Origin: Flavobacteriales bacterium
Lineage (GTDB): Bacteria > Bacteroidota > Bacteroidia > Flavobacteriales_D > Crocinitomicaceae
NCBI GenBank assembly: GCA_947475095.1
Contig: CANJLG010000008.1
Location: forward strand, 21,001 to 85,000
Reading direction: 5' to 3'
DNA: 64,000 nt
Below, in pieces: positions 38,240-49,897 of this stretch; within the stretch, counting starts at the first letter, position 1, and each line of letters starts with the position of its first letter. Made by a program: the position numbers and the translations under genes. Below the pieces are notes generated by a model that saw only the letters and a program-made list of their open reading frames with translations, ran no database searches and was not told the DNA's origin.

Positions 38240-38377
38240 GAGGCGAAATTAACGATAACATATTAGATAATCTTGCGCTTAAATTGCAATAAATAAATAA
38301 ATAAACGCCTAATTGCTTTGATATTTGCTCGTTTGTTTTTTTCTTTGCACTCTAAAACCATTTTAAAACTTAAAAAA

Positions 38378-38614
38378 ATGTCTGAAATTAAAGATAAAGT
38401 TATAGCAATAATCGTTGATAAACTTAATGTTGATCAAGCGGAAGTTACCAACGAAGCAAGTTTCACTAATGATTTAGGGGCAGATTCTTTAGACACTGTA
38501 GAATTAATTATGGAGTTTGAAAAATCGTTCAATATCTCTATTCCTGATGATCAGGCAGAAGGTATTCAAACAGTTGGTGATGCCATTTCCTATATTGAAA
38601 GCAACCACAAATAA
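38378..38614 (+). CDS. acpP: Fatty-acid acyl carrier protein
   Basis: [12 protein letters not shown], directly upstream of fabF. Start moved to ATG 38378. Confidence 0.97.
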   Translation: MSEIKDKVIAIIVDKLNVDQAEVTNEASFTNDLGADSLDTVELIMEFEKSFNISIPDDQAEGIQTVGDAISYIESNHK

Positions 38615-38638
38615 GACGCTTGTCTTTAGTTAACACTT

Positions 38639-39889
38639 ATGCAGCTTAAACGTGTCGTAATAACAGGTCTTGGTGCGCTAACGCCCATTGGTAATAATGT
38701 CGATTCTTTTTGGCAGGCACTATTAAATGGCAAAAGCGGAGCAGCTCCAATTAAGCAATTTGATTCCTCGTTATTTAAGACGCAGTTTGCTTGTGAACTA
38801 AAAGATTTTAATATCGAAGACCATATGGATCGTAAAGAAGCAAGGAAGCTTGACCAATTTGCGCAATATGCTCTCGTAAGTGCCACTCAGGCTGTCGAAG
38901 ACTCTAAACTATTAGATTCTAATCCGAATAAAGATCGAATTGGGGTTGTTTGGGGTTCAGGCATTGGCGGACTAAAAACCTTTCAAGACGAAGCTCAAAA
39001 CTTTTTTGCTGGAGACGGCACCCCAAGAATAAATCCTTTTTTTATTCCAAAAATGATTGCTGATATCGCTTCTGGGCATATTTCAATTAAGTATGGCTTT
39101 AGGGGGCCAAATTATGTTACGGTTTCTGCGTGTGCCTCATCAACTAATGCAATAATTGATGCTTTTAACTTAATTCGCTTAGGAAAAGCGGACGCTATTG
39201 TAACTGGAGGTTCCGAAGCAGCCGTTAATCAAATGGGAATTGGTGGATTTAATGCCTTAAAAGCACTTTCCACTCGAAATGATTCGCCGGAAACAGCTTC
39301 TAGGCCTTTTGACTTAGATCGAGATGGATTTGTTTTAGGAGAGGGGGCTGGTGCACTGATTCTTGAAGAACTTACTCACGCTTTAAATCGCGGGGCTAAT
39401 ATTTATGCGGAAGTAGCTGGTGGAGGAATGTCCGGAGACGCTTACCACATGACCGCGCCGCACCCTGAAGGAATTGGCGCAAGAAATACTATGCTGGCAG
39501 CATTAGAAGACGCGGAGATAAAACCTACAGATATAGATTATGTTAATGTTCATGGCACCTCAACACCACTGGGCGATATCGCTGAAATTAAAGCAATTGA
39601 AGCAGTATTTGGAGACCATTCGTATAAATTAAATATTAGCTCAACAAAATCTATGACCGGCCACTTATTGGGGGCCGCAGGCGCAATAGAGGCAATTGCC
39701 TGTGTGCTTAGTGTTCAAAACGATGTTGTTCCTCCTACAATTAATCATTTTACTGATGATCCCGAGCTAGACCCAAAACTTAATTTTACCTTTAATAAAG
39801 CTCAAAAAAGAATCGTGAACATTGCTATTTCCAATACTTTTGGTTTTGGCGGACATAATACGAGTGTTATCGTTAGAAAATACAAATAG
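38639..39889 (+). CDS. fabF: Beta-ketoacyl-ACP synthase II
   Basis: RVVITGLG, SACASS, HGTST, KSMTGHLLGAAG, SNTFGFGGHN. Confidence 0.97.
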   Translation: MQLKRVVITGLGALTPIGNNVDSFWQALLNGKSGAAPIKQFDSSLFKTQFACELKDFNIEDHMDRKEARKLDQFAQYALVSATQAVEDSKLLDSNPNKDRIGVVWGSGIGGLKTFQDEAQNFFAGDGTPRINPFFIPKMIADIASGHISIKYGFRGPNYVTVSACASSTNAIIDAFNLIRLGKADAIVTGGSEAAVNQMGIGGFNALKALSTRNDSPETASRPFDLDRDGFVLGEGAGALILEELTHALNRGANIYAEVAGGGMSGDAYHMTAPHPEGIGARNTMLAALEDAEIKPTDIDYVNVHGTSTPLGDIAEIKAIEAVFGDHSYKLNISSTKSMTGHLLGAAGAIEAIACVLSVQNDVVPPTINHFTDDPELDPKLNFTFNKAQKRIVNIAISNTFGFGGHNTSVIVRKYK

Positions 39890-39892
39890 TTC

Positions 39893-40618
39893 TTGGGAAC
39901 CCTTAAATCTTTTTTTTCTAAAAAGAAGTCTCCTAATGAGATTAGACTAATTCGTTTTATTATACAGTCTTTTGGTTATAGACCCAAGAATCTCAATGTG
40001 TTTGCTCAAGCGCTTGTCCATAAATCAATGATTAGTTCTGAAAACAAAAGTGAGTCTAATGAAAGGCTTGAGTTTTTGGGTGATGCTATTATCGATCTCA
40101 TTGTTGCAGAATACCTTTATGAATTATATCCCGGTGATGACGAGGGTTATTTAACTCGTCTTAAGTCGAAAATAGTAAATCGAAAGTCGCTTTCTTTGAT
40201 TGGGAATAAAATGGGGATCCGTGATTATTTAACCTATAATTCGGATAGAACCGTAAACCTAAACTCGCTAGAAGGAAATGCTTTTGAAGCATTAATGGGA
40301 GCTATGTACCTAGACGCTGGGTATAACAGAACAAAAAAATCGTTTAGAAACCATGTTATCAGAAAATATGCAAATATCAATCGTTTGATAGAAGAGGAGG
40401 TCGATTTTAAGTCCCGACTTCTTATTTGGTGTCAACGAAAACATTTGCTCCTTGAATTTATCGTTGTTAGTGAAACAAGGGTTAATAATGAAACATTTTT
40501 TGTCGTAATTGCTGTTATTAATAAAAAGAATTATGGACAGGGAAAGGGAACCGCTAAAAAGGTTGCAGAGCAAAAGGCAGCCAAAGAAACGCTCGATTTA
40601 ATGGGGGAAACATATTAA
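39893..40618 (+). CDS. rnc: Ribonuclease III
   Basis: NERLEFLGDA signature and C-terminal dsRBD (KK.AEQ.AA). TTG start. Confidence 0.95.
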   Translation: MGTLKSFFSKKKSPNEIRLIRFIIQSFGYRPKNLNVFAQALVHKSMISSENKSESNERLEFLGDAIIDLIVAEYLYELYPGDDEGYLTRLKSKIVNRKSLSLIGNKMGIRDYLTYNSDRTVNLNSLEGNAFEALMGAMYLDAGYNRTKKSFRNHVIRKYANINRLIEEEVDFKSRLLIWCQRKHLLLEFIVVSETRVNNETFFVVIAVINKKNYGQGKGTAKKVAEQKAAKETLDLMGETY

Positions 40619-40674
40619 TGTTTACGCTATGTCAAAAAATATTCTTTATCTTTGGGCTTTAAAAATATCATGAT

Positions 40675-40905
40675 ATGAGTTGGACAGATCTTATTTATTC
40701 TATTGGAGATGGCTTTAAATGGAGCTTTGGTTTTTTTGAGTTTGTGCAAAACCATTTCAACGACTTATTATTATTGTTAGGTTTCGTTGGATTCGGATAT
40801 TGGATGAATGTACAACGAAAGTTTAATTCAAAGTCTAACGTGCCTGTTGAATCCAGTGAAAATACGGGTTGGTATAAGGACGGCGAAGGAAAGCAGATTA
40901 AATAA
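40675..40905 (+). CDS. Small single-TM Bacteroidota protein (DUF6341-like)
   Basis: 76 aa with N..L..LGFVGFGYWM..Q.KFN. Preceded by TATCTTTG at 40647-40654. Confidence 0.6.
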   Translation: MSWTDLIYSIGDGFKWSFGFFEFVQNHFNDLLLLLGFVGFGYWMNVQRKFNSKSNVPVESSENTGWYKDGEGKQIK

Positions 40906-40932
40906 TTCCTTCTTATCGTTGATCTATTCTAT

Positions 40933-41676
40933 TTAAATTAAGGAGGATTTCAAATATTCTCTATTCATTCTTGCTATATTTTCTAGGGAAATACCTTTTG
41001 GACATTCCACTTCACAAGCGCCTGTATTCGTGCAGTTTCCGAATCCTTCTGCATCCATTTGATTGACCATGTTCAAAACGCGTTCCTTAGCCTCTACTTT
41101 TCCCTGCGGAAGCAAAGAAAATTGCGAAACTTTAGCTGAAACAAACAACATCGCTGAAGAATTCTTACAAGTAGCTACACAGGCACCACATCCAATACAA
41201 GTCGCAGCATCAAAGGCTTTATCAGCATCGTGCTTTGGTATCGGTATTGTGTTGGCGTCAATTGTGTTACCAGAGGTGTTTACGGAAATAAATCCGCCGG
41301 ATTGCTGAATTCTATCAAAAGAACTTCGGTCGACAACAAGGTCTTTAATTACTGGAAATGCCTTTGCTCTAAATGGTTCAATGTAAATGGTGTCGCCATC
41401 TTTAAACTTGCGCATATGCAACTGGCAAGTAGTCACCAGCCTGTCTGGGCCATGTGCTTCTCCATTGATAAACAAGGAACACATCCCACAAATTCCCTCA
41501 CGACAATCATGATCAAAAGCAACAGTGTCCTCTCCTTTCACAATTAATTCATCGTTAAGGATGTCCAACATCTCAAGAAAAGACATGTCGGGTTCAATGT
41601 TGTCAACAGTATAATCCACCATTTTTCCTGGTGAGCTAGCGTTATTTTGGCGCCAAATTTTTAATGCTAATTTCAT
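40933..41676 (-). CDS. sdhB: Succinate dehydrogenase/fumarate reductase Fe-S subunit
   Basis: [32 protein letters not shown]. Confidence 0.96.
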   Translation of the reverse strand: MKLALKIWRQNNASSPGKMVDYTVDNIEPDMSFLEMLDILNDELIVKGEDTVAFDHDCREGICGMCSLFINGEAHGPDRLVTTCQLHMRKFKDGDTIYIEPFRAKAFPVIKDLVVDRSSFDRIQQSGGFISVNTSGNTIDANTIPIPKHDADKAFDAATCIGCGACVATCKNSSAMLFVSAKVSQFSLLPQGKVEAKERVLNMVNQMDAEGFGNCTNTGACEVECPKGISLENIARMNREYLKSSLI

Positions 41677-41703
41677 GGTTCTTTTGCTGGTTAAGCGTCA
41701 CTA

Positions 41704-43704
41704 TTATTTATAACTTCTTTGAACTAATTCTACATTATCGTATACCAATTCTTCCTTGTGAAGAATGGCATCACTAGGATTTCCTTTATACTCCCAAGCG
41801 GCAACATAAGCAAAGTTTTTATCATCTCGTTGTGCTTCTCCATCTGCGGTTTGGAATTCTTCTCGGAAATGACCTCCACAAGATTCATTGCGATGTAGGG
41901 CATCTTTTGCAAATAATTCTCCTAATTCTAAAAAATCAGCCACGCGCAGTGCTTTTGCTAACTCAGGATTGAAGCTGTCTGCTGTGCCAGGAATTTTTAC
42001 ATCCTTATAAAACTCTTCTCTAATTTGGGCGATTTCTTGCTGCGCCTCTTTAAGTCCTTGTTCATTTCGGGACATTCCGGCTTTATTCCACATTATTTTC
42101 CCTAATTTTTTGTGAAAATAATCCGCTGGCTTTGTGCCTCCGTTGTTCATCAAACGACTAATCTGATCCACTACGTTTTGCTCCGCAGCATCAAACTCAG
42201 GGGTATCAGTTGAGATTTTACCTTTTTTAATGTCGGGAGCCAAATAATCTCCAATGGTATAAGGCAATACAAAGTAGCCATCAGCCAAACCTTGCATTAA
42301 TGCTGAGGCACCGAGACGGTTTGCGCCATGATCAGAAAAATTTGATTCTCCAATTGAAAAACACCCAGGAATAGTTGTTTGAAGATTATAATCAACCCAT
42401 GTTCCCCCCATCGTATAATGGACAGCAGGATAGATCATCATCGGTGTCGAATATGGATTTTCATCCACTATTTTTTCATACATCTGAAAAAGGTTACCGT
42501 ATTTATTAGCAACAATTTCAGTTCCCAATTTAATAACCAAGGTTTTATCGTTTTCATCTAAATGCTTCAAGCGGGCTTGGTCTATTCCGTAGCGCTCGAT
42601 GGCGGCAGCAAAATCCAAATAAACGGCTTCTCCTGTTTTATTCACCCCAAAACCAGCGTCACATCGCTCTTTTGCAGCGCGAGAGGCAATATCTCGAGGA
42701 ACTAAATTACCAAATGCTGGGTAACGTCTCTCTAAATAATAATCGCGGTCCTCTTCGGCTAATTGAGTGGGTTTTAATTTTCCTTCACGAATCAGTTTTG
42801 CATCTTCCAATTTTGCAGGAACCCAAATACGCCCATCATTACGCAAAGATTCTGACATCAGGGTAAGTTTTGCCTGGTGGTCACCCGACACAGGAATGCA
42901 AGTAGGGTGAATTTGTGTATAACAAGGGTTTGCAAAAAATGCGCCTCGCTTATGTATTTTCCATGCTGCTGTTACATTACTGCCCATTGCATTCGTTGAA
43001 AGAAAAAAGACATTTCCATAGCCACCTGAAGCTATTACAACAGCATGAGCTGAATGACGCTCAATTTTTCCGCTTATTAGGTCTCTTGCAATAATCCCCC
43101 TCGCTTTTCCATCAACAATTACAAGGTCTAACATTTCATGTCTGTTGTGCATTTTTATCTTGCCGCGACCTATTTGCCTGTTCATGGCAGAATAAGCACC
43201 CAATAATAATTGTTGTCCTGTTTGACCTTTAGCATAAAAGGTTCGGGATACTAGCGTGCCCCCGAATGAGCGATTATCTAATAATCCGCCGTATTCTCTA
43301 GCAAATGGAACTCCCTGTGCGACGCATTGGTCAATTATATTCGTTGAAACCTCTGCTAAACGATGCACATTTGCTTCTCTAGCGCGATAATCCCCTCCTT
43401 TAACGGTGTCATAAAATAAGCGAAAAGTAGAATCTCCATCTCCCTGATAATTTTTTGCCGCGTTAATTCCTCCCTGTGCAGCGATAGAATGCGCTCTTCT
43501 AGGTGAATCTTGAAAACAAAAAGCTTTAACATTATAGCCTAACTCCGCAAGTGTTGCGGCGGCAGAACCTCCGGCCAAGCCTGTTCCAACAATTATAACA
43601 TCAAGATTTCGCTTATTTGCAGGATTTACCAAGTTAATGTGGTCCTTGTAGTGGGTCCACTTATCCGAAATCGGCCCCTTGGGTATTTTTGAATCTAAAG
43701 CCAT
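41704..43704 (-). CDS. sdhA: Succinate dehydrogenase/fumarate reductase flavoprotein
   Basis: [34 protein letters not shown]. Confidence 0.96.
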   Translation of the reverse strand: MALDSKIPKGPISDKWTHYKDHINLVNPANKRNLDVIIVGTGLAGGSAAATLAELGYNVKAFCFQDSPRRAHSIAAQGGINAAKNYQGDGDSTFRLFYDTVKGGDYRAREANVHRLAEVSTNIIDQCVAQGVPFAREYGGLLDNRSFGGTLVSRTFYAKGQTGQQLLLGAYSAMNRQIGRGKIKMHNRHEMLDLVIVDGKARGIIARDLISGKIERHSAHAVVIASGGYGNVFFLSTNAMGSNVTAAWKIHKRGAFFANPCYTQIHPTCIPVSGDHQAKLTLMSESLRNDGRIWVPAKLEDAKLIREGKLKPTQLAEEDRDYYLERRYPAFGNLVPRDIASRAAKERCDAGFGVNKTGEAVYLDFAAAIERYGIDQARLKHLDENDKTLVIKLGTEIVANKYGNLFQMYEKIVDENPYSTPMMIYPAVHYTMGGTWVDYNLQTTIPGCFSIGESNFSDHGANRLGASALMQGLADGYFVLPYTIGDYLAPDIKKGKISTDTPEFDAAEQNVVDQISRLMNNGGTKPADYFHKKLGKIMWNKAGMSRNEQGLKEAQQEIAQIREEFYKDVKIPGTADSFNPELAKALRVADFLELGELFAKDALHRNESCGGHFREEFQTADGEAQRDDKNFAYVAAWEYKGNPSDAILHKEELVYDNVELVQRSYK

Positions 43705-43710
43705 TATTAA

Positions 43711-44376
43711 TTAATGATTAAAGTGATGAAAAAGTGCAATAAAAATAAATCCAAAAGGAACAATCACTGCAAAAGCATATCCAACTTTATGCAGTGTTTT
43801 AGAATACTTATTGTTCATTCCTACAGACTGAAAAGAGGAGTTGAATCCGTGCCATAAATGCAGGAACAAAAAGAAAAATGAAAAACAATAAATTGATGTT
43901 CTGATCGGGCTGTTAAATTTCGCTACCAACTCATGAAAATATCGTTCGGAAGCAATCGGCTTTACCTCAACGTACTTATATACCATTTCAGGAATCCAAA
44001 AATCATAAAAGTGCAGCCCTAAAAATGACAAGACAACAATCCCGGAAATAATCATGTTTCTTGAAGACCAAGAAGCATTTGCGGCTCCATTATATTTTGC
44101 ATAACCAATTGGACGAGAAGCCCTGTTCTTGAAATCCAACACAAACCCCATGATGAAATGAAATAAAACCCCCAAAATTAAAACCGGCTGCATGGCAAAC
44201 TGAATGAGTGGATTGTTACCCATGAAGTGAGCTAATGTATTAAACAAATCTTCGTTAAATACAGAGGTCAGATTGATGAAAAAATGGATGGACAAGAAAG
44301 TGACTAGAAACAGTCCAGAAAGTGCCATGGCAATCTTTTTGGCAATCGAAGACTTCAAAATGGGAGAATTAGACAT
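43711..44376 (-). CDS. sdhC: Succinate dehydrogenase cytochrome b subunit
   Basis: Five-TM b558 type, KK..MALSG.FL..F...H, HLWHGF. TAAATTTG promoter element at 44401-44408. Confidence 0.93.
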   Translation of the reverse strand: MSNSPILKSSIAKKIAMALSGLFLVTFLSIHFFINLTSVFNEDLFNTLAHFMGNNPLIQFAMQPVLILGVLFHFIMGFVLDFKNRASRPIGYAKYNGAANASWSSRNMIISGIVVLSFLGLHFYDFWIPEMVYKYVEVKPIASERYFHELVAKFNSPIRTSIYCFSFFFLFLHLWHGFNSSFQSVGMNNKYSKTLHKVGYAFAVIVPFGFIFIALFHHFNH

Positions 44377-44445
44377 AATTTTAAACTAAAATAATCGATG
44401 CAAATTTAGTAAAATCAACAATTAGAACGCGTTTTTTGTTCTTAT

Positions 44446-45351
44446 TTATAATTGGTGTAAATAGGCAACTGTCGTTTCGTTGTCGTTTACACAGATTTGT
44501 GTGCGTTTTCCGAAAACCAATGCCCTATTATCGTCAATGTGGCCAGATGGAAAATTAAATACAACAGGCATATTTGAAAACTGAAGTTGCTCAAGTATAA
44601 TCTCTTCAATAGAACGGCCTAGTGGTGGTTCGGTGTCTTCAAGCTCGGTCATTCCTCCTATAATTAACCCTCTTATTTTTTCAAATATTCCCGCCTTACT
44701 AAAGGCAAAAATCATCCGTTCTACTTGATAATAATGTTCTCCCACGTCCTCTAAAAAAAGAATTGAGTTTTCAAAATCATACTGATCATTGGTCCCCAAC
44801 ATACTGTATACAATACTAAGGTTGCCACCAATTAAATTGCCTGTTGCTGTACCCATTCTATTAGACTTGTTTGGAGGCAGTACATATGGAGTGGATTTAT
44901 CCGTCATGCTTTCTAAGAGTGTAAGAAGCGCCTCGTCGGTATTTTTTTGAAAGCTAATTGGCATTGTAGCATGTATGCTTTGAATCCCTAATTTTTGCAA
45001 GCGGTGGTGAAAAACGGTTATGTCGCTGAACCCAATCACCCATTTAGGCTCGAGTAATACATTCGCCCAATTAATTCGATCTAAAATACGTATGCTTCCA
45101 TAGCCCCCTCTTGCGCAAAGAATTGCCCTTACATCTGGATGATCTATCCCAAATTGTATATCAGCAAGGCGCTCTTCTTCTGTTCCGGAAAAATAATGAT
45201 GATTTCCAAAACAATGAGCGCTTACCAATACTTTAAATCCATTTTTTTCTAAATATTCTTTGGCAAAAAGGACGGTTTTAGGGTCTGTTATTTTAGCAGG
45301 TGCAGTTATATAAATTAGATCACCTGGAACTAAAGGAGCTGGTTGAATCAT
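44446..45351 (-). CDS. ldcA: LD-carboxypeptidase (peptidase S66)
   Basis: ARGGYG, GFSDIT, GGNLS, LFLEDVGE, GH. Confidence 0.9.
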   Translation of the reverse strand: MIQPAPLVPGDLIYITAPAKITDPKTVLFAKEYLEKNGFKVLVSAHCFGNHHYFSGTEEERLADIQFGIDHPDVRAILCARGGYGSIRILDRINWANVLLEPKWVIGFSDITVFHHRLQKLGIQSIHATMPISFQKNTDEALLTLLESMTDKSTPYVLPPNKSNRMGTATGNLIGGNLSIVYSMLGTNDQYDFENSILFLEDVGEHYYQVERMIFAFSKAGIFEKIRGLIIGGMTELEDTEPPLGRSIEEIILEQLQFSNMPVVFNFPSGHIDDNRALVFGKRTQICVNDNETTVAYLHQL

Positions 45352-46016
45352 TTTTTAAGAAAAAAAGATTGGGCGATTGATAGATCGAAAGGTGTCGTTA
45401 TTTTTATATTTTCCTCGTTACTTTCAACAAAACAAATAGGCTCCCCAATTTGCTCTACCAAAGTGGCGTCATCTGTAATTGAAGGCATGAAATCTTGTTC
45501 GTAGGCTAAGCGCAATGTTTTTTCATGGAAACACTGAGGAGTGTGTACGAGACGAAAAGAGGCTCTGTTTGCTGACTGATTCGTTCCTTCGGAAATTTTC
45601 CGAATCGTATCTTTAATCATTAAAACTGGTACAACAGCCTTCGCATCATTTAACGAAAGAAAACATCGTGTAATGGTTTCAATTGATACAAACGGCCTTA
45701 CGCCATCGTGAACAGCAATGTGTTTTCCAGTAGCGTAATGCAAAGCATTTTGGATAGAATGAAAGCGCTCCTCTCCACCCGCTATAATTTGATGAGGAAT
45801 TTCAAATCCGATTTTTTTTATACTAGATTTCCAGTATACTATCCACTCTGATGGCAATGTTACGAGTATTTCTATCGACGGGTCGAAAGAATGAAAAACG
45901 CTTATCGTGTGGGCTAGTATTGGTAAATCTCCAAGCAAAACAAACTGCTTCGGAATATCTTTTCCCATTCGCTTTCCAATGCCTCCAGCGGTAATAATAA
46001 CCGTACGATTTACCAT
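45348..46016 (-). CDS. ispD: 2-C-methyl-D-erythritol 4-phosphate cytidylyltransferase
   Basis: AGGIGKRM...[31 protein letters not shown] 46016 preferred. Confidence 0.9.
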   Translation of the reverse strand: MVNRTVIITAGGIGKRMGKDIPKQFVLLGDLPILAHTISVFHSFDPSIEILVTLPSEWIVYWKSSIKKIGFEIPHQIIAGGEERFHSIQNALHYATGKHIAVHDGVRPFVSIETITRCFLSLNDAKAVVPVLMIKDTIRKISEGTNQSANRASFRLVHTPQCFHEKTLRLAYEQDFMPSITDDATLVEQIGEPICFVESNEENIKITTPFDLSIAQSFFLKK

Positions 46017-46098
46017 GCTCAAAAATAAGTATAAGTCTTGTATCTACAAACTTTCCATTATACTCATGTTTTTTTACCTTTGTATAAAATATAGTTCA

Positions 46099-47568
46099 AT
46101 GTCAACGAGGAAAGGAGTTCTTGCTATTTATAATACATTAAGTGGAAAGAAGGAGTTGTTTCGCCCTATTCATGAGGGTCAAGTTGGCATGTATGTTTGT
46201 GGGCCGACAGTCTATAGTAATGTTCACCTTGGGAACTGCAGAACATTTATTTCATTTGACTTAGCGTATCGCTATTTGCTTCATTTGGGATATAAAGTCC
46301 GTTATGTTAGGAATATTACTGATGTGGGTCATTTAGAAAATGACGCTGACGAAGGAGAGGATAAGATCTCCAAAAAAGCACGGGCAGAAAAGGTGGAGCC
46401 TATGGAAATCGTGCAGAAATACACACTTGATTTTCACGACGTAATGACGGCTTTTAATGCTTTGCCGCCTAACATAGAGCCTACAGCAACTGGACATATT
46501 ATTGAGCAAATTGAATTAATCAATACCATTATAAAAAATGGCTTTGCCTATGAATCAAATGGGTCGGTCTACTTTGATGTAGAAAAATATAATGCCAATC
46601 AGCCTTATGGAGAATTGTCTGGCCGTAAAATTGAAGATTTAATCGCTAACTCAAGGGTCCTTGACGGGCAAACCGAAAAGCGAGCGCCGCTAGATTTTGC
46701 ACTTTGGAAAAATGCATCAGATGAACACATAATGAAATGGCCTTCGCCATGGGGGCTGGGATTTCCTGGGTGGCACCTAGAATGCTCGGCCATGAGCGCT
46801 AAATACCTCGGCGAAGTGTTTGATATACACGGCGGCGGAATGGATCTAAAATTTCCACATCACGAATGTGAAATCGCACAAGGCTGCGCAGCCACTGGGA
46901 AAAAACCTGTCCTATATTGGATGCATGCAAACATGCTCACCCTTAACGGAAAGAAAATGAGCAAGTCCGCTGGAAACTCCCTATTGCCAGCAGACCTTTT
47001 TTCTGGTGAAAACATGTTGCTAAGCAAAGGGTTTCATCCGATGGTTGTCCGTTTTTTTATGATGCAGGCTCATTATCGAAACACACTAGATTTTACCAGC
47101 GAAGCACTAAATGCGGCAGAAAAAGGGTTTGAAAAACTCATGTTAGCAATAGAAAATCTCATGGTACTTGTTCCGTCAAGTAATTCAAGCATTAATACAA
47201 AAGTACTTATTGATGGCTTTTATGCCGCAATGGATGATGACTTCAATGCTCCGGCATTAGTCGCTTGTTTGTTTGATGCGGTGAAACAAATTAATGCTAT
47301 TGTAGAGGGAAGAGCGACCATAAATAAGGAAGATTTGTCGATTTTACAAAAAGAAATCTCCGTGTTTGTTTTTGAGGTATTAGGCTTGCAGCGCCCCGTT
47401 GAAAAAAGTGATGATCAACGATTATCTAATGTAATGGCCTTGGTTTTAGAATTACGAGGGAGTGCAAGGGAAAATAAAGATTGGGTAACCTCTGACAAAA
47501 TCCGTGATGGCCTTAGCAATGCCGGTATTGTCGTTAGCGACGGAAAAGATGGTGCTAGTTGGAAATAA
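46099..47568 (+). CDS. cysS: Cysteine--tRNA ligase
   Basis: YVCGPTVY...[31 protein letters not shown]. Start moved to ATG 46099, downstream of TACCTTTG at 46075-46082. Confidence 0.96.
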   Translation: MSTRKGVLAIYNTLSGKKELFRPIHEGQVGMYVCGPTVYSNVHLGNCRTFISFDLAYRYLLHLGYKVRYVRNITDVGHLENDADEGEDKISKKARAEKVEPMEIVQKYTLDFHDVMTAFNALPPNIEPTATGHIIEQIELINTIIKNGFAYESNGSVYFDVEKYNANQPYGELSGRKIEDLIANSRVLDGQTEKRAPLDFALWKNASDEHIMKWPSPWGLGFPGWHLECSAMSAKYLGEVFDIHGGGMDLKFPHHECEIAQGCAATGKKPVLYWMHANMLTLNGKKMSKSAGNSLLPADLFSGENMLLSKGFHPMVVRFFMMQAHYRNTLDFTSEALNAAEKGFEKLMLAIENLMVLVPSSNSSINTKVLIDGFYAAMDDDFNAPALVACLFDAVKQINAIVEGRATINKEDLSILQKEISVFVFEVLGLQRPVEKSDDQRLSNVMALVLELRGSARENKDWVTSDKIRDGLSNAGIVVSDGKDGASWK

Positions 47569-47587
47569 CATATAAGTTTTTAAGAAA

Positions 47588-48100
47588 ATGGCTTTAATCA
47601 AATCGTGTCAAGGTATATCTCCCTTAATTGCTGAGGATTGCTATTTAGCCGAAAATGCAACAATTATTGGTGATGTGGTCCTAGGGTCCTTATGTTCTGT
47701 TTGGTTTAATGCCGTGATTCGTGGTGATGTAAACGCTATTCGTATTGGAAACAAAGTCAATGTTCAAGATGGAGCTGTACTACATTGCACCTATCAAAAA
47801 ACAACACTAACCATTGGTAATAATGTTTCTATTGGGCACAATGCGCTTGTACATGGTTGTACAATCGAAGATAATGTACTTGTTGGAATGGGCGCTATCG
47901 TAATGGATAATTGTTATGTTGAGTCAAACTGCATCATCGCTGCAGGAGCGGTTTTATTGGAGGGAACAAGAGTAGAATCTTGGAGCGTCTTTGCTGGCGT
48001 GCCGGCAAAAAAAGTTAAACAACTCTCTCCTGAACTCTTTAAAGAAGAAGTCATGCGCATTGCTGATAATTATGTATTTTATGCTAGCTGGTTTAAATAA
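47588..48100 (+). CDS. Gamma carbonic anhydrase family protein
   Basis: Hexapeptide repeats, RGDVN, NVQDG.VLH, IGHNALVHGC. Confidence 0.92.
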   Translation: MALIKSCQGISPLIAEDCYLAENATIIGDVVLGSLCSVWFNAVIRGDVNAIRIGNKVNVQDGAVLHCTYQKTTLTIGNNVSIGHNALVHGCTIEDNVLVGMGAIVMDNCYVESNCIIAAGAVLLEGTRVESWSVFAGVPAKKVKQLSPELFKEEVMRIADNYVFYASWFK

Positions 48101-48147
48101 TTGAGGCTTTGCTTTTTTTTTAGTTCTTTTGTATAAAATATAGCCTT

Positions 48148-48588
48148 ATGAAAACTGTTTTTTTAATCGCTCTTGTTGCTCTTGGTTTATTCTCTTGTAA
48201 GAAATATTCTGATGGCGGGATAAAAAAATTAGCCCTTAGCAACCTAAAGGGAACGTGGAAATTAGAGAGCTACACGCGAAATGATATTGACTATTCTGGA
48301 GAATTATTGATTAATAGCTATAAGGAAACCTTTAACGAAGACGGCACCTATTCCAGGCAACTTATTGACACTTTTAACGCCGTAGTAAATACCTCTGGTG
48401 GCTGGGACTTTGAAGGCGATCGGTCTTTGTTAAGAATTAGTGGTGCTGGTTTTTATAGCCTAACGCCGGGGGTGTCAACTGCCACAGCCCAATCGGGCTA
48501 CACAATAAATCGATTAACTAAATCAGATTTGTGGTACAGCTACGAAGATGCTTGGGGAAAACATAATTTTAGACTAATAAAACAATAA
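48148..48588 (+). CDS. Lipoprotein, lipocalin-like beta-barrel
   Basis: Lipobox LFSC-KK, L.GTWKL and F..DGTY motifs. Confidence 0.65.
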   Translation: MKTVFLIALVALGLFSCKKYSDGGIKKLALSNLKGTWKLESYTRNDIDYSGELLINSYKETFNEDGTYSRQLIDTFNAVVNTSGGWDFEGDRSLLRISGAGFYSLTPGVSTATAQSGYTINRLTKSDLWYSYEDAWGKHNFRLIKQ

Positions 48589-48601
48589 ACCTGAGTCGCA
48601 G

Positions 48602-49897
48602 ATGAAATATTTACCCATAAATGCTGCGCTGTTTATTACAAACCGCGAATCTTTTGTCAAGCAAATGGTAGAAGGTGCTCTTGCAGTGTTTAACTCCAAC
48701 GATATTTTCCCTATTAGTGCAGATAGTACGATGCCTTTTCAGCAACACCGTGATATTTTTCACTTAAGTGGCGTTGATCAAGAAGAGTCTATTTTAGTGC
48801 TTTTTCCAAGTGCAAGCAATCCTGCACATCGAGAAATATTATTCTTAAAAGAAACGAGTGAGCTGATCGCTATTTGGGAAGGAGAGAAATTAACAAAATC
48901 AACAGCGTTCGAGGCGTCAGGAATTAAAACCGTTTATTGGCTGCAACAATTTCCTGTGATTTTTAAACAAGTTATGGCTGAATGTGCTGCCATTTACGTA
49001 AATACAAATGAACACCTTAGGGCATCTACAGTCGTTGAAACTAGAGAAGATCGGTTCATAAAGACGGTGACGAATGATTATCCTGCCCATCGTATTTTAA
49101 AATCGGCGCCCATCATGCACCGTATTCGATCAATTAAGCACCCCATTGAAATCGAATTAATGCAAACAGCGTGTAATATTACTGAAGCTGGATTTAGACG
49201 ATTGCTTGGCTTTGTAAAGCCTGGCGTTTGGGAATATGAGATTGAAGCAGAGTTGTCCCATGAATTTCTTCGAAATCGTTCTAAAGGATTTGCCTATACG
49301 CCAATTATTGCTTCGGGTAAAAATGCCTGTGTACTGCATTATATTGAAAACAACCAACAATGTAAAGATGGAGATGTTATTTTATTAGATGTTGCTGCAG
49401 AATACGCTAATTATTCATCTGACTTAACCAGGTGTGTTCCTGTAAATGGTCGATTTACAAAACGTCAAAAAAATGTTTACAACGCTGTTCTTCATGTAAA
49501 AAAAGAAGCGGAAAAACTGTTGTTGCCTGGAGTTATTATGGCTGATTATCATAAAACCGTAGGATTATTGATGGAAGAACAACTCGTTAAGCTCCAATTA
49601 ATCTCGCTCGACGATATTAAAAACCAAAAGGCTGATTGGCCCGCTTACAAAAAGTATTTCATGCACGGCACATCTCATTTTATTGGGCTGGATACACACG
49701 ATGTTGGCTTATGGCACGAACCCATCAAAGCTGGGATGGTCTTTACCTGTGAACCAGGAATTTATATTCCGGAAGAAGGCCTAGGGATTAGATTAGAGGA
49801 TGATTTGCTTGTTCAAAAAACAGGAACGCCATTCAACTTAATGGGAAATATTCCATTAGAAGCGGAAGCCATTGAAGACCTCATGAATCGTGGCTAA
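48602..49897 (+). CDS. pepP: Xaa-Pro aminopeptidase (M24B)
   Basis: LHY, LLD..AEY..Y.SDLTR, HGTSHFIGLDTHD, TCEPGIY, GIRLEDD. Confidence 0.92.
   Translation: MKYLPINAALFITNRESFVKQMVEGALAVFNSNDIFPISADSTMPFQQHRDIFHLSGVDQEESILVLFPSASNPAHREILFLKETSELIAIWEGEKLTKSTAFEASGIKTVYWLQQFPVIFKQVMAECAAIYVNTNEHLRASTVVETREDRFIKTVTNDYPAHRILKSAPIMHRIRSIKHPIEIELMQTACNITEAGFRRLLGFVKPGVWEYEIEAELSHEFLRNRSKGFAYTPIIASGKNACVLHYIENNQQCKDGDVILLDVAAEYANYSSDLTRCVPVNGRFTKRQKNVYNAVLHVKKEAEKLLLPGVIMADYHKTVGLLMEEQLVKLQLISLDDIKNQKADWPAYKKYFMHGTSHFIGLDTHDVGLWHEPIKAGMVFTCEPGIYIPEEGLGIRLEDDLLVQKTGTPFNLMGNIPLEAEAIEDLMNRG

Noticed and set aside
45907..46098. N-terminal extension of CysS in the ORF track (similarly acpP, truB, kynU, cruF, SDR, rpoN, thioredoxin-like)
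   Set aside because: The extensions overlap neighbouring genes or promoter elements and lack family motifs. Downstream ATGs were used.
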